Assembly: GCF_036321535.1 (NCBI RefSeq)
Contig: NC_087447.1
Coordinates: 47,804,001-47,868,000 of the forward strand
Reading direction: 5' to 3'
Length of the DNA stretch: 64,000 nucleotides
Origin: Camelus dromedarius
Lineage: Eukaryota
In this document: positions 50,336 through 63,563 of the stretch, one piece after another
Layout of the letters: each line of letters starts with the position of its first letter
How positions within the stretch are numbered: the stretch's first letter is position 1
Position numbers and translations under genes: made by a program
The notes under the pieces: model-generated
Seen by the model: the letters and a program-made list of their open reading frames with translations, nothing else
Databases searched by the model: none
What the model was told of the DNA's origin: nothing

Positions 50336-51749
50336 TAGTAGAGCTCAGAAGGGTAAGCAGGACTCACTAAGATGATAAGGAGAGAAACAGCATTCCAAAA
50401 GGGGAACAGAATGTATGAATAGCAGAATTTACAAAGTACGAGCCCTCAGAGCCAGCCATGGGAGGGAGGCAGAGCAGGGATTATCAACCCAATTTTGTAG
50501 TTGAGGAAAATGAGACCCAGGAATGGGCAATGACTCACTTACATCTCCCATCAATATACATGGAGGCAGGAGAGGAATTCCGAGCACCAAGGAAGAGCTG
50601 CCAAGGTAGAAATTCCTGGGTCATGAATTTGTGGGTTAATACCTCTTGGGCAGCTGGAATGTGGTAGGAATGTGAAAGGGGGAACTTCCAGGAAGTGGTG
50701 GCCCTATTCAGGACATGAGCTGCCCATGGATGCTGGACTGACAGAGCAAATAGGGGCAACATGGGGCTCCTGGACCTCAGGAAAGGGGTTGGGGGGTCTT
50801 GGGACCATGAATGGGGCTGAAGGAGCAGCCCTTGACTCGGAGAAGAGGCTACAGGTGCATCAAGGAGGGGGGCTGACAGGAGCAAGGGAAGCCTCAGAAG
50901 TCATTGGAAATACCAGACACATCTTGTCAATTCTGGGTCTCACTAGACATCTGCCAGGAGCTAAGGCTTCTGAGGCCACAGGCAGAGGCAGGGAGAGGGA
51001 GGAAAAAGTGGGAGAGGAAGAGGAGGAAGCATGTTTGCTGCCAGAAACAGTTTAAGGAAGGGCTCTGACCTCTCCTGGAGCCAGGAGGATGGGGCGTGGC
51101 TCCTGGTCCCGGCTCTGAGCCTGCAGCCCTCTCCTTCCTTCTCCCAAGCCTGTCTTCCCTTGGTCTCAGTGACACCACACTGCTCTGATGCCCATCTTAT
51201 TGCTCTGGCTGCTCTTCCTTAGTCTCATCCCTGGACATCTCCTCTTCCTTCCTTTAACTGATGGCTCCATCCTAAACCATCTTCTCTTTCTTCTCTCTCC
51301 CATTAAGCAATGTCACCTCCCCTATGACCTAGAAAACCAAACGTGAAGCTGATAAGTCCCCCAGATTTGTGTCTCCATCTCATTGTCAACTCTGGGTGAT
51401 GGCATTTTATTTTATTAAAGAGCCACCAAGATTCTCTGACTTGATGTGGGTGCAGTGATCAAACCACATGCCTAAACTAATTGCTTAGAGAAGGCATTTC
51501 CAGGTGCTGGAGAGCTGTCTCCATGGAAATCAGGTGAGACTCTACGTATCATCTTGGGGCAGTGGATGGACCAGGCAAGAAAGGCGAGGGCTGAGGACTT
51601 GGGGGAGGACACTGGAGGGAAGTCAGGGCCATCAAGCCAAACCCCCAGCCCCCAACTTCAACACAATTTCCCCTCCTCTGCCCACCTTGGAGAACCAGGG
51701 CTCGGCCTATTGGGAGTAAACGGGGCTCTTCTTCCCCTGGGGCAGGTGC

Positions 51750-52178
51750 TGTAGCAGGTCCCTGCTTATGACCCTCAGCACTTGGGATTCCTTACACCCC
51801 TACAGCATCTCACTGAGGGTACCTGGGACTCTGCCTGGGGGCTTTCTCTGGCCATTTGGAGCACACTTGGCCAGAAGTCCTGAAAGTTTAGGGATCAGCC
51901 TGCAACCAATTTCAGCTAGAGTTGATAAATAAATGCTCCATATTCCTTGCCCCTCAGGTGGGATATCTCTGAGGCATGTTCTGTGCCACCTGCTAGAGGT
52001 TCCCAGTGGGATTAACCCCCCGTGATAATCTCATTGACCACCCTGAATTGGCTCCCTTCATTTCCCTGCTTCACTTCCCCAGGCCCTTACTGATGCTTCT
52101 GGGATAATCTCAGAAATTAACTACTTGTGCCTGAATCCTTGCCTAGGGTTGACTTCTGGGGGAACCCAAGCCAAGATA
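51750..52178 (+). mobile_element. LTR16-like (ERVL) LTR
   Basis: CCCCTCAGGTGGGATA.CTCTGAGGCATGTTC...TTCCCAGTGGGATTAA...CACTTCCCC...ACTACTTG...AATCCTTG...CTTCTGGGGGAACCCAA.CCAAGA. Confidence 0.8.
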
Positions 52179-52409
52179 CCCACTCGGTCTTCCTTATATT
52201 CACTTCCAATCTGCCTAAGCACTGCTGATTCTACCTCCTAAAAAGTCCCCACAATCCCCCTTCTAATCAGCTCCTCATTTATCACCCCTCCTTCATCCCC
52301 ACCACCTTAGCCACTTGCTGGACTACTGGCCCAGCCTCCTCATTGGTCTCCTCCTCTTCTGCTCCTCTCCACAGCAGCCATGACAATTTGTTCTTCAGTT
52401 TAGGATGTT

Positions 52410-52890
52410 CAATTTCTAGTCCCACCAGCAGAGCATAAAATTCCTCTCTCCCCACACCCTCAGTAAAGTTGGTATCATCAAGTTCATTCATTTTTGCTAA
52501 TCTGATACGTGTGAAATGGTATTTCACTGTGGTTTTAATTGAAATTTCCCTAGTTGATTGTGAGGTTGAACATATTTTCAAATGTGTATTGGCCATACTT
52601 GTTTTCTGTGGAATGCCTGCTCATGTTTTTTGCTCATTTTTCTGTGTTTTTCTATGTTTTCTATGTTTGTTTGGTTTTTTCTTATTGGTATACAGGACTT
52701 ATTTATATATGCTGGAAAATAATCCCTGTCTATTCCATGTTACAGTACTTTCGGTCTGTGGTATTTTTCCTTAGTGTTTTGGATTAATAGAACTTAAAAT
52801 TTTTTATTATATTTAAGTTAATCAATTTTTCCTTTATGATTTATCTTTTTTGTTGCCACTTTTGTTTTCATTTAAGAAATCTTTCCTTAA
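52410..52890 (-). mobile_element. Old L1M fragment
   Basis: TTTTTGCTAATCTGATA.GTGTGAAATGGTATTTCACTGTGGTTTTAATT...GAGGTTGAACATATTTTCA.ATGTGTATTGGCCAT. Confidence 0.75.
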
Positions 52891-54199
52891 TCCTGGCACA
52901 TAGTAGGAATTCAATAAATGTTTCTTGAATACAAAGTATGATGAGAGCCAAAAGGAGAGACTGGCTTCTGTCTGAGCGTTACAAGTGTTGGGCTAAAATG
53001 ACAGGGGCTTATGGTGCTGTCATGAAGATGAGGGCGTGGGGAAGATTACTGTAGAGAGGAGGGCACTTCAGTCATCAGAGGGGGGAAGTCCAGGGAGCAG
53101 TAGGTCTGACATGCAGGAGAACGACTGGGCTGGAGGTGGGAACTGTGAATGTCCAGCCCACAGGGGTAATTTAAGGAGAGCCACTGCCCCGCTCCAGGGA
53201 GAATGTGCTGAGTGAGCAGAGAAGAAGGGGAAATGAGCCCTGAGAGGAGTCTAGGCAGCAGAGGCAGAAGGATGTTGTGGGGGCCACATGAGGAGTTCTT
53301 AACAGTGTCCCTGGAGTGTCTTCCTGGGCACTCCTTCAGAGGCTCAGAGGTCACTGGGTCCTTGGAGGGGCCATCTTGGGGATGCTCTCGGGGCAGAGAC
53401 TAAATAAATTGGCTGAGGACTGCAGAGGAGGCAACTTTTCCAAGACCATTGGCAATGAAGGGAAGAGGCGGGGCAGTGCCTGGAGGGGATGGCTCCATGG
53501 CTTGGGAAGACAATGGAGCATGTTCACAGGCCAGCAGGGATGGAGACCAGGAGAGCATGGGGTTGCCGAGGGCATGGGGACCTGGCTGCAGAAGTAGAGA
53601 GCAGCTCTGCTGGGGCCTTCACCTCAGATGAAAGAGGAGCTATCTCTGGGGAAGAAGGATGCTGAGCAGAGAGGTTGGGGCAGGAACTTAAGTGAGCTCC
53701 ATCCACTGAGCCTGGCCTTAGTCCTAATGTCTGCCTCACACAGGTGAGAAGAAGTGAGCATTTGGTAAGTAAATTTTCTTGGTAAGTCAGGTAGCAGGTA
53801 GGTTGGGGTATCAGTGAGCTAGAGCTTGAGGAGAGGGAAGACTTGGAAGGGCCACATGAGGGGAAAGGAGAGAGCTTCCCTAGAGCTTTCTAGGGGCCCA
53901 AGTCCCTTGATTCACAAGCAAACACCTTTTCCCCACAAAGGACTGGCAGCAACCCTCCCCTCTTGAACCAGACAAGACCTTGCCTCAGGGCCCCGTCAGT
54001 CAGGGGAAGATGGGTACGACCACAGCCCATGACACCAAGTATCTCCAGTTCTGTCCTCAGATCTCCATCCCCCATTCCCTCCCTGGGCCACCTGCCAACA
54101 TCTCTTCCCAGACTGTGGAACAGCCTCCTAGCTGGCACCTGCTGCCACCTTGTCCCTCCTACCCAGTCCTATTTTCCATCTAGCAGTGGAGAGATCGAT

Positions 54200-54293
54200 T
54201 GAAATGATATTTGATACACAAATATCGAATCATTATGTTGTACACCCAAGACTGATAGAATGTTATATGTCAACCATACTCCAATTAAAAAAA
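54200..54293 (+). mobile_element. L1 3' terminal fragment
   Basis: ATACACAAATATCGAATCATTATGTTGTACACC...AATGTTATATGTCAA.CATACTCCAATTAAAAAAA. Confidence 0.75.
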
Positions 54294-55279
54294 GATACTT
54301 GATTGTGTCACTCTGCTGCTCTAAATGCTTCCATGACTCCCATGGTTCTTCAGATAAAGGCCAAAGTTCTGACCATGGCCACAAGGCCATGCTAGGCTAG
54401 TGGCCACTGCTCCTCCAGCCCCATCTCCCAACAAACCTCCTAACTTGTGGGGCCCATCCTGCTCTGGCTGTGCTTCATTTCCTGGGTGCCAAGCCCTTTT
54501 CTGTCTTGAACTCTCTTGAGTTTCCTCTGCCTGGGACTCTCTTCCCCCTCACCATCACCTGGCTGAGGTCAACTCCTCTCTCTGGTCTCAGCTTAAATGG
54601 CACTTCCTCTGGGAAGTCTTCCTGAATCTCCCAATTTAAACTATATGCCTTCCCCTCCCATCTCCCTTATAATCTCTCCTCTAGCCCTTCAAGTTAACTG
54701 CTTAGCACTTACTGCAATGCATAATTTTGTCTTAATTTATGTGACTATTTAACATCTGGGGTCCCCCCCAGATGATAAACTCCATGAGGCCAGTGCTATC
54801 TCGACTGTCCTACTGATTTGCATCCTCAGTCCTAGCACAGAACCTGCAGCATCATGGGAACTCAGTAACTGCTGACTAAAAGCTGCAGTGGTAGCCAAGA
54901 GGAAGGGATGGCTTGTCTGAGAGCTACAGGTCAGGGGAGGTTTCAGAGATGAAAGGGAATTAGAAGCCACCGTCCATAAGAGATCTTAGGAGGTAAAAGA
55001 AAAGAAAAGAACAAAGAGGAGGAGGAATGTTGACACATGAGCACCAACTATGTGCCATATCTCATTATGCCATCCCAGTGTCACTCCCTCCTCCACCCCA
55101 TCTTTAGTGTGATGTCTCACTAGCTGGATGGATGACCGGGGGTAAAATAATCCCCTTGAGCCTCAGTTTCTTAATCTGTAAAATGGATTTGTAACACTAA
55201 ACTCCTGGGATTGTTATGAGGATGAGGGAATAGTGTATGGTGTGGAAAGTGCCACCAATCCATGCTTTAGGGATACTTG

Positions 55280-55490
55280 GGCTCTGGATTCAGACTGTCT
55301 GGGTTCAAATCTCAGGTCTGCCACTTACCAGCTGTGTGACCTTAGTCAGATCACTTCATCTCTCTGTGCTTGGGTTTCCCCACCCATAAAATAAGGATAA
55401 TAATACTTCTGGAATTGCTATGAGGATTAAATGAGGTTATGTATTAAAACACCTAGCATGATACCTGGCACATAGATGCTCAAGAAATAT
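55280..55490 (+). mobile_element. MIR
   Basis: GGCTCTGGATTCAGACTGTCTGGGTTCAAAT...CCACTTACCAGCTGTGTGACCTT...GAGGATTAAATGAG...CCTGGCACATAG. Confidence 0.85.
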
Positions 55491-55740
55491 GTTGATGTGG
55501 GCATTCAGGCCATATTCCTAAGGGCACCAGGACAGTAACCATTAATCCAAGTGGCATAAACAATTGAAAAAAACTAGGACATCAAGACATATGAAATATA
55601 TCTCATGTGGTTTGTGGTGTGAATCCCACTACTTTAGGCTCATGCCTTGCACTTACATACTTGACTGCGTGAATCAAATAAAATGTACACTAAAGGCTAA
55701 CATTTAATGATATGTGCACATGTATGTAAGTGTAGGCCTA

Positions 55741-55800
55741 TAGAGAGAGAAAGAAAGAAAGAAAAGAAAGAAAGAAAGAGAAAGAAAGAAAAAAAGAAAG
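55741..55800. repeat. (GAAA)n purine tract
   Basis: AGAAAGAAAGAAAGAAAAG..., just upstream of the second CpG island. Confidence 0.9.
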
Positions 55801-55949
55801 ACAGACACCATCATCCCTCCCTCTCTACCAGAACTGTAGAATGTTAGAGCTAGAAAGTTGGAATCACCACTTAAGCCCTCACCCTCAGTACAAAGGGGGA
55901 ACCTGAGGCCAAAGGAAGGTAGGAGAGGTGAAGGAATCTGGGCTGGAGT

Positions 55950-56400
55950 CCAGAGGTCCCGGGTCCCAGTCCAGAGCGCTGGCCCCTGCCGCCCGCTGCC
56001 TCTTCCAGAACTATCTATCACCTCCCTTGGGTCTCCAGCGGCCGGCAGCCCAGCCCGTCTGGGCGGGACTCCAGCGCGGGCTCAGCGGCCACCTGGCCAC
56101 ACCCCCTTCCCGCCCCTGCGCTCTCGCGGCGCGAGGATCCCGGACGCTCTGGGTTGGGGCTGCGGCCGCTGCCTACGCTGCGCCTCGGTTGGCTAGTTCG
56201 CCTCCCAGCGCCGGAAAGAGCGACGTCCCATCCCAGGCCCGGGGCACTGGTGCTGAGCGCCCAGGTGAGGGCTGTGCGGGGCGGGGGACAGACGGGCAGG
56301 CGGTGCCGGCGCGCGCGGGTACAGAGCAGGTCTGCCCACGTCAGGCTCGCATTGCGGCCCCAGGTGGGATTCCCGGGGATGAGAGTGTGGGTGTTGTGGG
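55950..56400 (+). promoter_or_regulatory. P2RY6: CpG island, probable distal P2RY6 promoter / first exon
   Basis: CpG-dense GC-rich block with GC boxes and a strong donor CAG|GTGAGG (GT 56265). The P2RY6 assignment rests on the known tandem P2RY2-P2RY6 order in mammals. Confidence 0.7.
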
Positions 56401-57992
56401 TCATGTGTGAGAGACTAGTGTGGGCAACGTGTGTGTACTAGGTTGTATGCAGTTAGTGCGTGGTGTATGCTTGGTGTGTCGAGTGTGACCAATGAATTGT
56501 GGTGTCGTCCGCTTGTAAGAAGTGTGTGTGGTCCCTATTTATAGATGTGAGTGACTGTGCTTGGGTAACCCTGGGGTTTCATTTGTGTGCTCACCGTGTG
56601 CGCTCGCTGTGTGGTGGGAGCCATCACACCATGGTGCATGCATGCGTGTTGTGACTGTTGTGAGATGTATTCTGTGTATGGCATATCCATGGCCCTGTGT
56701 AGTATGCCGAGCCAGGTAATGGAATGTGAAAGGCATTTGTGCAGCTCTTACCTACTTCTGACAATGTTTCCCATGACCCTAGGGTGGTTCTGACTTTTCC
56801 ACCCAACACCCCTAAGGGCTTGGGAGAGTGAAAGCTTACCCCAGATCTGGGTGGAGAAAGTACAGCTAGTCCCATGCTCACCATCCCACAGGCGCGCACG
56901 CGCACACACACACACGAAAAGTTTTTTTGAAGTCTCATTGTTTAATCTTCAAAATTCATGTGGATTTTGCATTCCTGTCTGTAATATTCCTGCATTTGTT
57001 TGAATGTAAAAATACTGTTCTGGTAAGTTGACTCAAGCCTTGGTGATGAGGTGGGTTTATCCTGCTGGGAGCCCTCTGGCTCCTGTAGAGTAGGAATCCC
57101 CTACCTGTCCTCCAAACTGAAATGGCAGGACTTGGACCCCCTGGGGGAGTGCGGCCGTGTGGTTTGTATGTGGTATGTGCTGTGTGTGCATGTGTGCAGC
57201 AGAGTTGTGTGGTGGGAAGCTGGAGCTGTGTGTGAAGGAAAAGGTCACAGTGGCATGGGGGTGTGTCTTGCAAGGGGGAACCCTGGTAGGGTCTGTCTTG
57301 GTCATTTCTAGTGCAGGGGCAGGGAAGCTTGGCTTCTGGGGAGGAGCTGTGACCATCAATGTGGTTCTTACCCTCCCAGTGGGAAGGAGGTTCCTATAGC
57401 AAGCCATTACCTGGGACTGTCAAGGTGGTTGTGTTATCCAGGCTTGGTTTAAACCTCAGCTCTGGCACTCTCTACATGTAGGACTTTGGACAAAACCTTT
57501 CTGTGCCTCAGTTTCCTTCTTTGTACAATGGAGATGTTAATAGTATTTGTTACAAGGTTATTGTGAGGACTGACTGAGTTCCTGGATATAAAGGACTGGG
57601 CACATAAAACCCTTAACTGGTTATAAAACTATGATGATGGTGATGGAGCCCCCATGTAAGAAGGTCCCTTCCTGCTCTAAGAACTCTCAGTTTCCACAGA
57701 GCCAATGATTTCTCATGAGCTGGGCTGGTGGGAATCTGAGAGCCTGTCATTTAAGTATGTCTGGGGGATCCATTCCTGTCCCCAGACTCTATCACTGTTG
57801 AACTCTCAGTGATTATCTGGCTTCCGGGAAGATGAAGTCTGAAAGGCTAAGATGCTGCGTCTCTGGCAGGGCCAGGGATGGGGCGTGGGAGAGAGGCTGG
57901 GGGAGATGTGCCAGGGCAGCTATGGGGCTTGGATGGAGGCCTCTCTCCTGACAAACACCAGAGGAACAGAAAAATGCTGGCCTGTGCCCTTG

Positions 57993-57997
57993 AGTGT

Positions 57998-58036
<39 letters not shown>

Positions 58037-58047
58037 TGTGTGTGTGT
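57993..58047. repeat. (TG)n microsatellite
   Basis: Near-perfect TG dinucleotide run. Confidence 0.95.
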
Positions 58048-60629
58048 TTGGGGACTGTCAGGGGCAGGGGCAAGAGTGCCCTCTGTCTGGAATGAGGAAA
58101 GTTAAGAAGAGCAGGATTAGGGATGTGTGGCCAGGCCAAGGCAGGCCCTGGGAGCTAGAGGGAGGCTGTGACGTCAAAGTTAGAGGAGGTGGGTCTGAAT
58201 TCCAGACTGAAGTGGACCAGGAGACCCCTCAGCCTGGGCTTTGTTTGTGGGGGGAAATGTTTGCATTGGCAGAGCAAGATCCCTTGTTCCTGGTGACTTC
58301 ACTGGGGCAGTTGAGAGAAGGTGCCCTGAGGCCTTGGAGGAGGAGGGGACATAAAAGGCAGTGTCTGGAGCTGTGGAAACATATTTAGGGAAGGCATCTA
58401 AATGTATCTGCCTTGGTGGCGGGGTGCTGTGATGGGTTGGCGACGAGGCTCAGGCCAGGGCTGCTGCAGACCACTGTCCCCACTGTCCCCAGGCAGGGAG
58501 TGCTTTAGCTGAGGAGGCCCTGGGTGCTGCTTCACGGGGTCTAGAGGACAGAGCCCTGCTGAGCACCAGGAGGCCCGGCCCAGCCCCCACTGGCTGGGTG
58601 ACAAGGCCAGCTCTCTGATCTCAGCTGTCAGAGGTGGGTTGGAGTGATGATGTCACTTCTGTCCCTGATTTCCTTTGATCCATAATTCCAGCTATAATTG
58701 TTTATGATTCTCCAGCCCTGACCCTAAGAGTCTATAATCTCAACTCAAACATCCTAACAGTCTATAATCCAACTCCAACTTTCTGTTCTATAGCTATAAC
58801 ATTCCCTGATTCCAGTTCAGGTGTTCAAGGATTCTGACCCTGGCTCTTGAAAGTCTGAAACTTTCAAGCTTATAAACTACCAGGATATATGTACTAGAAG
58901 TCATTTCTGCAGAATTATTTGAGAGGCACCAGGAAAGGGCCCTCCATAGCCAGCCACAACCATTGGAGCTGCTCCTCTGGGGTGAGGGAAGGTCCCTGGT
59001 CCATGGCTACCAGGTGCCTGGGTGGGGTGACAGTGAGCCCAGAAACTCCTCTTCATCAGGGCAGTGGAAGTGCTTGGTGTGGCCCGTGGCTCAGGGGATG
59101 GTGGCCAAGGAGAGGAAATGGTTCAGATTCTGGGTTTTCATCACTCCCCACAGGATGAGGGAATTGTAGGATCACTGGGCTCCCAGAGGAGACATGAAGA
59201 GGAAGAAGGGAAAGAATAAGAAATGGGGCTGAAGAGACCCCCAAGGGCAAACCTCATTTTGTCTGAGAGACCTCTGAGCACCTTAGGTTGTAGAAAAGAC
59301 TTGTGGTGTTAGCAAGAACAGCGCCCTCAATGAACAGCCGTATTTGAACTCAGCGTGTGCTGGGAAGTGGAGAGCTGACGGCCAGTCCTGGCTTCAGCTG
59401 TGTGACTTTGGACAAGTCACTTCCCTCTCCAGACCTCACTTGCCTCCTCTGGCAATCTGGTGCACAGGACGAAAACTCCCTTAACTCTCTCTCCTACCAA
59501 AGAGGACATCAGCACTGTTGTGAAAAACCTGATTCTAGGGCCAGCCTGTAAACATTAATCGAGTGAATAAGGAGGGAATGAACAAATGAATGATTCAATG
59601 GAGAGATGTGTAAATGTAGCATAAGGTGAAAGTGTACCATGATTTTGATTCCCCTTCCCTCCTCCCAGCTCAGCCTTAGCCCACGTGTGAGAAATTGGCC
59701 TCAGAACTTAAAGACTTGGGGGCGGGGCAGTGGAGGGGTGGGGATGTTTTCCTTTGACAAAACCTTGGATTGGCGGATGAGTTGAAGTGGTTGGGTGGGA
59801 GTGGGATCTCCCTGGGTGTCACCCACTGCACTGCAGCATTTCCTGAGCCCTGGGCAGCAGGCCTGCTGATTCGTGATGCTTTCCATGATTATTTGTCCAT
59901 GACTACCCCTCAGCCCCCGAGCTGATGATTGAAGGAAGAAACTATAGCTTCAGGGGCAGCAGCTCCCCAAGGCTGAGGTGGTAAACAGGAGCCCCCAGGA
60001 GGTGGGTGGAAGAGTGGAGGCCAGAAGGGTCCAGGCCATGTGAGGTAGGGAGAGGGTAGGAGTGGCCCACGTCTGAGCAGGTGTTGGCATGAATGAAGAG
60101 GGGGTCAGGTAGCACACACTTACCAGGCACCTGCTGTGTGAGGTCGTGCCCAGTCCTTGCCTGTGTGCTCTCTGTTCTCCAGCCAGCCTGACAGGAGGGA
60201 GAGGTTGGGGTGTATCCTAGGCTTCTTCCTCATTTCTCCTTCTTCCTCACTTCCCCCATTCAGTTATCAAGCCCTACCAAACCTGCCTGTCAGATATCCT
60301 CCATTGGTCCCCTTGTCTCCATCCCTGTGACTCTGGTCCAGTCTAGAATCCTCACAGTCTCTCCACCTCCCACCTTTCACTTTGGCTGCCAGGAAGCTCA
60401 GTCATCCTCTCAGTCTAGGTTTCTTCTGCTGTTCTTCTGCTCTGCCTCTAATAGGATCATGTGGCTCTTGTTGGAGCTGCATCCAGCCATTTATGGACAG
60501 AGTTGTAGGCCCTAAAGGAATCAATAAGGAAAATCTGGTATTCCCTTGATTCTTACGAGGACATCCACTGGCTTTTGAGATTTTTCACATTTCATGGTTC
60601 CCACCCAGATATGGAGACATTGGTGCTGA

Positions 60630-60870
60630 ACAGGGCAGGGTATTGGTTCACAGCAATGTGTTCAAATCCTGGCTCTGCTACTACTAGCTACATGAACCTT
60701 GGGCTAGTTACCTAACCACTCAGTGTGCCTCACTTTCCCATCTGTAATGTGGAGATTAAAAAAAAATGATGGTATCTACCTTGTGTGGCTTTGTGAGTGT
60801 TAAATGAGATGGCATAAGCACTGTGGTAAGCACTATGTTTGGCAGTATAGTTAGTAGCTGAGTGGGTCTT
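60630..60870 (+). mobile_element. MIR
   Basis: TTCAAATCCTGGCTCTGCTACTACTAGCT...CCTTGGGCTAGTTACCTAACC...GTGCCTCACTTTCCCATCTGTAA. Confidence 0.8.
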
Positions 60871-60928
60871 AGTCATCCTGGGAGGATCAGCAGGACAAGG
60901 GGCTGGCTCTGTATGGAATGTTCTATGT

Positions 60929-61045
60929 CAGTGCTTCTCAAATGTCAATGTCGGCCTGAATTCCTTGGGGATCTGATTCAGTAGGTCGAGGTAAGGCCTC
61001 CAGGCGCATTCCTAACCTGCTCTTAGATGATGCCAGTGCTCCTGA
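60929..61045. mobile_element. MER5-like hAT-Charlie fragment
   Basis: CAGTGCTTCTCAAA...CTGATTCAGTAGGTC...GCATTCCTAAC...GATGATGCC. Confidence 0.65.
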
Positions 61046-63274
61046 GGAAAGTTTATACTTTAATCTACGCTGTGAGGACCTGGCTGTGGTGGAGATCCAT
61101 CGCGGAGACCCAAGGGGAATGGAGGACCTGGGACTGGTGTCCTGCCCAACCCATCCTGATACTCTGAGGAAGCTGGGCTCTGAGCTGAGTCTGAGACAAG
61201 GATCAATATGTTCTTCACCACTAGGTCATTGACACTTAGAAGGGCTCAATAAGTATAGGTTGAATGAATGAATGAACCAAAAATCTAGTGAAACGTGGGC
61301 TCCACAGGGTTGGCTGTGCTCCCTCTGCCTGGAAGTGGCCCTGTCCCTACGAGAATGCCTCTTTCTCACATTCTGCCCATTAAGCTCCCAAACCCAGAGT
61401 GATTAATTAGTCTGAAGCCTCACTTTGAGCTGGTGACAAACAGGGCCAGACAGGTCAGGGACCACAATCCTGAAGGGACTTTTGCCTGCTCTCTGAGCAT
61501 TCCAGCCAGGGCTTGTGTGGGATGGCTGTAGAGATTGAGCCAGATGAACCATCTATGTCCTTGGGAACCCCTTGGCCCCTCTGGGAGGGAGCCCAGGAAG
61601 GGCCTGTGCATCTGAGGACTCAACTCTTCCCTCTCCATGTCTTTCCTGGTTCTGAAAGTTCTTTGTGTGAAACTTGCTGCTGAGCTGAGCCAGAGCCCTG
61701 CACGGTTATGTGGGTGCACATGTGCATGATGTCAGTGTGCTCCCTGTGTGGCAGGTGCTGGGGCACATACACGTGTGTGGACCTGTGTGGGTTGTATGGA
61801 GCTGTGTCGGGGTCTGGGTGCGCTATGTGTGCACCAGTGAAGGATCATACCCACGGACATGTGCCCCCTCCTCCTCTGCCAGTTCTCTATGGCCCCTCTG
61901 TGCTTTCCTACCATGGGAAACAGCAGACTCCAGACTCTGGACAAAATGAGATGCCGAGGTTGCAGAGAAAGAAAGCTGAGGTGCAGCAGGAGAACCAGCC
62001 TCCCCCTGTGAGGAGCCCAGCAAGCATTCTGCCTGCAAGCCTGAAGTGGGGTCAACTCCCTCCAGGATCTGATCTGAATCCCAGAGGGACCAAGTCTCTT
62101 GCTCAGACTGAGGCCAGGCCATTTCCTGTTTCAGACAGCGGACTGAGGGTAGTGTTTCCCTCCTGTCTCCTAGAAGCAGCAAGTGGCCAATGGGCAGTGG
62201 CCTTGGGTGCCTGGGATGTGCTGGACACCATTCCTGCTGGCCAGTGGCTCATCACAGGCCACAGGGACCCTTCTCAGCACTTGACTCATATAGGCAGGAA
62301 TAGCTCCATTCTTCAGGGAGAGAAACCAAGGTTCAGGAAGGGGCAAGACCCACCCAAAGGAGTGTCCAGTGCTGTACTATGAACCCAGCCCAGGGTCAGG
62401 AGTGGGGACCCTGAGATCCAGCTGGCAGTGACTGCTTGGGGGTGGGTCCTTGAGAGGCAGGGTTCTAAGGCTGACTTGGCCAGTTTGTGGTAAACATCAC
62501 CCACCAAGAACAAGTGGGGTGTAAGCTGTAAAGTGCTTGATTATTGTACCAGGATTGAAGGGTGCCAGCTAGTGACTGAGGGTAGCTCAGGAAGTAGCTA
62601 TCAGGGAGTCAGTGCCCACAGGTGGAAGAGGGTCTGAGGACCCCAGGAGAAGGGCTTTGGCCTTGGGCACACCCCCATGAGGAGCCTACATTCAGGGCTA
62701 AGCTGGGAGAGCCTAAACCTGAGTTAATCCTGTAAGTCTTCCTCCTCCTCTTGTGTGACTGCTTTTGTTCCCTGGGGAAATCGAGAGCCTGTGGTGACCA
62801 GGAACACCACAAATCTCAGGCGGCATCTGGGCCTGCTTAGGACTGTGGCAAGAATTGCCAAGCCTGGGAAAACAAGGTCTATGAACTGGGGGTTTGTGGG
62901 CACTCCAGGAGTGGGCATGTGTGTGTACTACATGCAGAGACACGAGCACAGGCAAACACGTGTGAATAAACATATACACTCCAGGGCCACTCACATAGAC
63001 ACACACGTGTACCATTCCAAACACAAGCACTCTTGTGAATACATGTGCATCTTCCCAGTCAGACCCACACATAGCTGACACCTGCTATGACACACACACA
63101 CACACCCCCATGCAGACATTCATGTAGGTACCTCCTCTCCTGGCCTGGGGGCCTGCAGTGTGGGATGCGTGACCCTCACAGTTACCTCAGGCTTACTCTC
63201 TCCTCCAGGAATAAGCTTTCCAGGCCTCCCAGCCTTGTCCCTTTCCAAGTCTCCTGCCTCACCTTCCCACCACA

Positions 63275-63563
63275 AGAACAGAGGAAGGGCTTTTGTGTCA
63301 GCTGCCAGCCCACTGGGTTAGGAGCAGAGGTGTCTTTGTCTTTTCTGAAGAACTGGTTCTGTGGAATTTTCACTTCTTTCCTGTCAAGGGTCAAAGGCCT
63401 GCTCTGGAGGCTTCCTCAGGGCCCCACAAGCTCAAGGAGGCTGGTTTTTAGACAAACAGGGATGTTGAGCAGGTAACAACCCCTGTCATGTGAGTGGTGC
63501 CTAAAAGTTTGCAGAAGGCCTTCTTGCCAGTGTCTAGCTCATTATTCATGATAGTCCTAAGAT
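63275..63563 (+). other. P2RY6: Probable P2RY6 5'-UTR (alternative first) exon
   Basis: GGAGCAGAGGTGTCTTTGTCTTTTCTGAAGAACTGGTTCTGTGGAATTT...CCTCAGGGCCCCACA resembles the recalled human P2RY6 5' UTR. Candidate donors are CAG|GTAACA (GT 63473) and GAT|GTAGGT (GT 63564). Confidence 0.6.

Noticed and set aside
61708..62382. 224-aa ORF near the P2RY6 5' region
   Set aside because: No GPCR or other recognisable motif. It begins in TG-rich low-complexity sequence and is not the P2RY6 CDS.
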